This document shows, one piece after another, positions 61,172-64,000 of a DNA stretch of 64,000 nt; positions within the stretch are counted from its first letter, which is position 1; every line of letters starts with the position of its first letter. The notes under the pieces were generated by a model. That model saw nothing but the letters and a program-made list of their open reading frames with translations, ran no database searches and had not been told where the DNA came from. The position numbers were made by a program, and so were the translations under genes. Source of the DNA: Macrostomum hystrix (Eukaryota > Animalia > Platyhelminthes); assembly GCA_950097015.1 (NCBI GenBank), contig CATNEN010000038.1:24800001-24864000 (forward strand), read 5' to 3'.

Positions 61172-62520
61172 AGGGGATCTTGTAAGATTGGGATCTTGTG
61201 ATAGTGGGATCTTGTGAGATTGTGATCTTGTGAGAGTGGGATCTTGTGAGAGTGGGATCTTGTGAGAGTGAGATCTTGTGAGAGTGGGATCATGTGAGAG
61301 TGAGATCTTGTGAGAGTGGGATCTTGTGAGAGTGGGATCTTGTGAGAGTGGGATCGTGTGCGAGTGAGATCATGTGAGAGTGGGATCTTGTGATAGTGGG
61401 ATCTTGTGAGAGTGGGATCTTGTGAGAGTGGGATCTTGTGAGAGTGGGATCTTGTGAGAGTGGGATCTTGTGAGAGTGGGATCATGTGAGAGTGAGATCA
61501 TGTGAGAGTGAGATCTTGTGAGAGTGAGATCATGTGAGAGTGGGATCTTGTGAGAGTGAGATCTTGTGAGAGTGGGATCTTGTGCGAGTGAGATCTTGTG
61601 AGAGTGGGATCTTGTGAGAGTGGGATCTTGTGAGAGTGGGATCTTGTGAGAGTGGGATCTTGTGAGAGTGAGATCTTGTGAGAGTGGGATCTTGTGATAG
61701 TGGGATCTTGTGAGAGTGGGATCTTGTGAGAGTGGGATCATGTGAGAGTGGGATCATGTGAGAGTGAGATCTTGTGAGAGTGGGATCATGTGATAGTGGG
61801 ATCATGTGAGAGTGGGATCTTGTGATAGTGGGATCATGTGAGAGTGGGATCTTGTGAGAGTGGGATCTTGTGAGAGTGGGATCTTGTGAGAGTGAGATCA
61901 TGTGAGAGTGAGATCTTGTGAGAGTGGGATCTTGTGAGAGTGGGATCTTGTGAGAGTGAGATCTTGTGAGAGTGGGATCTTGTGATAGTGGGATCTTGTG
62001 AGAGTGGGATCTTGTGAGAGTGGGATCTTGTGAGAGTGAGATCTTGTGAGAGTGGGATCTTGTGATAGTGGGATCTTGTGAGAGTGGGATCTTGTGAGAG
62101 TAGGATCTTGTGAGAGTGGGATCTTGTGCGAGTGAGATCTTGTGAGAGTGGGATCTTGTGAGAGTGGGATCTTGTGAGAGTGAGATCTTGTGAGAGTGGG
62201 ATCATGTGAGAGTGAGATCTTGTGATAGTGGGATCTTGTGAGAGTGGGATCTTGTGAGAGTGAGATCTTGTGAGAGTGGGATCGTGTGCGAGTGAGATCT
62301 TGTGAGAGTGGGATCGTGTGCGAGTGAGATCTTGTGAGAGTGGGATCTTGTGAGAGTGGGATCTTGTGAGAGTGGGATCTTGTGAGAGTGGGATCTTGTG
62401 AGAGTGAGATCTTGTGAGAGTGGGATCTTGTGAGAGTGGGATCTTGTGAGAGTGGGATCATGTGAGAGTGGGATCTTGTGAGAGTGAGATCTTGTGAAAG
62501 TGGGATTTTGTGCGAGTGGG
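61172..62520. repeat. 16-bp minisatellite
   Basis: Unit gtgagagtgggatctt, ~84 copies. Confidence 0.95.
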
Positions 62521-63114
62521 TTCTCATTATAGTGGAATCAATTTTAAGAGTGGATCTTTCGGGAGATTGGAATATTATGGCAATTTTAGTCTAGTACGAG
62601 TATTAAATGAGGATGCGTTTGAAACTGTGGGATCTGCACTTTTTTGTTTAAAAAATGCAGTATTGCTAATCTTGTTTAGTGAAACAGCATTGCAAATGGT
62701 ATTTTGCAAGCATTTTATTGCTCTCTCATCAAGCTCTAACCGATGCCATTTGCCTATGCAATGCTTAGCCTATGTTATCACATTTCAAGCACTCAAATGT
62801 CAAGGATACTTATACTACGGAGATGTCACAATTGCAGAATAAATTCATTGCTTATTTTATTGATACGTCGTAGTGATACCCAAACTTAAAGCCTTTATAG
62901 TAAAGAGAGCATTCCACAGGTGCAGTGCTAATAATCAAGATAATATTCTAGACACGCGATTCTCGCATAAATTTTATTCTGAGCTGCCTTTTACGCACTG
63001 TATTAATAAGTTTTTTACTCTAATAGCATTCTGTCACTGCAGCTATGAAGACCTTATCCGACTTTAGCTCTCTAACATTATCTTGCTGTCATTATCTTTC
63101 TCATTTGTTGTTTA

Positions 63115-63990
63115 ACTTCATTTTAACTTCAGTATCGCCATCTCACTCTCTTATCTCACTCTATTAACTCACTTCAGTATCGCTATCTCACTCTCTTATC
63201 TCACTCTCTTAACTCACTTCAGTATCGCCATCTCACTCTCTTATCTCACTCTCTTAACTCACTTCAGTATCGCCATCTCACTCTCTTATCTCACTCTATT
63301 AACTCACTTCAGTATCGCTATCTCACTCTCTTATCTCACTCTATTAACTCACTTCAGTATCGCTATCTCACTCTCTTATCTCACTCTCTTATCTCACTTT
63401 CTTATCTCACTCTCTTAACTCACTTCAGTATCGCCATCTCACTATCTTATCTCACTATCTTAACTCACTTTAGTATCGCCATCTCACTCTCTTATCTCAC
63501 TCTCTTAACTCACTTCAGTATCGCCATCTCACTCTCTTATCTCACTCTCTTAACTCACTTCAGTATCGCCATCTCACTCTCTTAACTCACTTCAGTATCG
63601 CCATCTCACTCTCTTATCTCACTTTAGTATTGCTATCTCACTCTCTTATCTTACTTCAGTATCGCTATCTCACTCTCTTAACTCACTTCAGTATCGCCAT
63701 CTCACTCTCTTATCTTACTCTCTTAACTCACTTCAGTATCGCTATCTCACTCTCTTATCTCACTTCAGTATCGCGATCTCACTCTCTTATCTCACTTCAG
63801 TATCGCTATCTCACTCTCTTATCTCACTTCAGTATCACTATCTCACTCTCTTATCTCACTTCAGTATCGCGATCTCACTCTCTTATCTCACTTCAGTATC
63901 GCTATCTCACTCTCTTATCTCACTTCAGTATCGCTATCTCACTCTCTTAACTCACTTCAGTATCACTATCTCACTTCACTCTTTTATCTA
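63115..63990. repeat. Composite pyrimidine-rich minisatellite
   Basis: Alternating subunits atctcactctctt and aactcacttcagtatcgc(c/t). Confidence 0.9.
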
Positions 63991-64000
63991 ACACCTCTAT

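Overview
Eukaryotic (animal) genomic DNA: intron-containing genes, tRNA-derived SINEs, MITEs and about 25 tandem-repeat arrays. There are no prokaryotic features. The density of intronic minisatellites and a flatworm-type EF-hand gene suggest a free-living flatworm such as Macrostomum (inference only). I assembled ten gene models by hand, checking splice phase: a PH+PTB-like protein, CFAP73/CCDC42-family, NIPSNAP, an EF-hand protein, a CCAP/conoCAP-like neuropeptide precursor, a RhoGAP, a secreted WSC+PAN protein, a CD-M6PR/ATG27-like receptor, ENSA/ARPP19 and PLEKHF2/phafin. The EF-hand and neuropeptide genes are absent from the supplied ORF track. Most long ORFs in the track are translations of tandem repeats. 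Main points of interest: (1) a 78-aa precursor releasing PFCNWYGCSNDK; (2) many intronic minisatellites whose units carry or copy splice signals of the host gene; (3) a GC-AG intron containing a stop and AATAAA that could switch the EF-hand gene between 69-aa and 126-aa forms; (4) a minisatellite that appears to have captured a stop codon; (5) a 50-bp-phased array of T-box-like motifs with unrelated spacers; (6) nested MITEs with clear target-site duplications; (7) an HDV-ribozyme P3/L3-identical 14-mer in a SINE that does not complete the canonical fold. Repeat boundaries are approximate.
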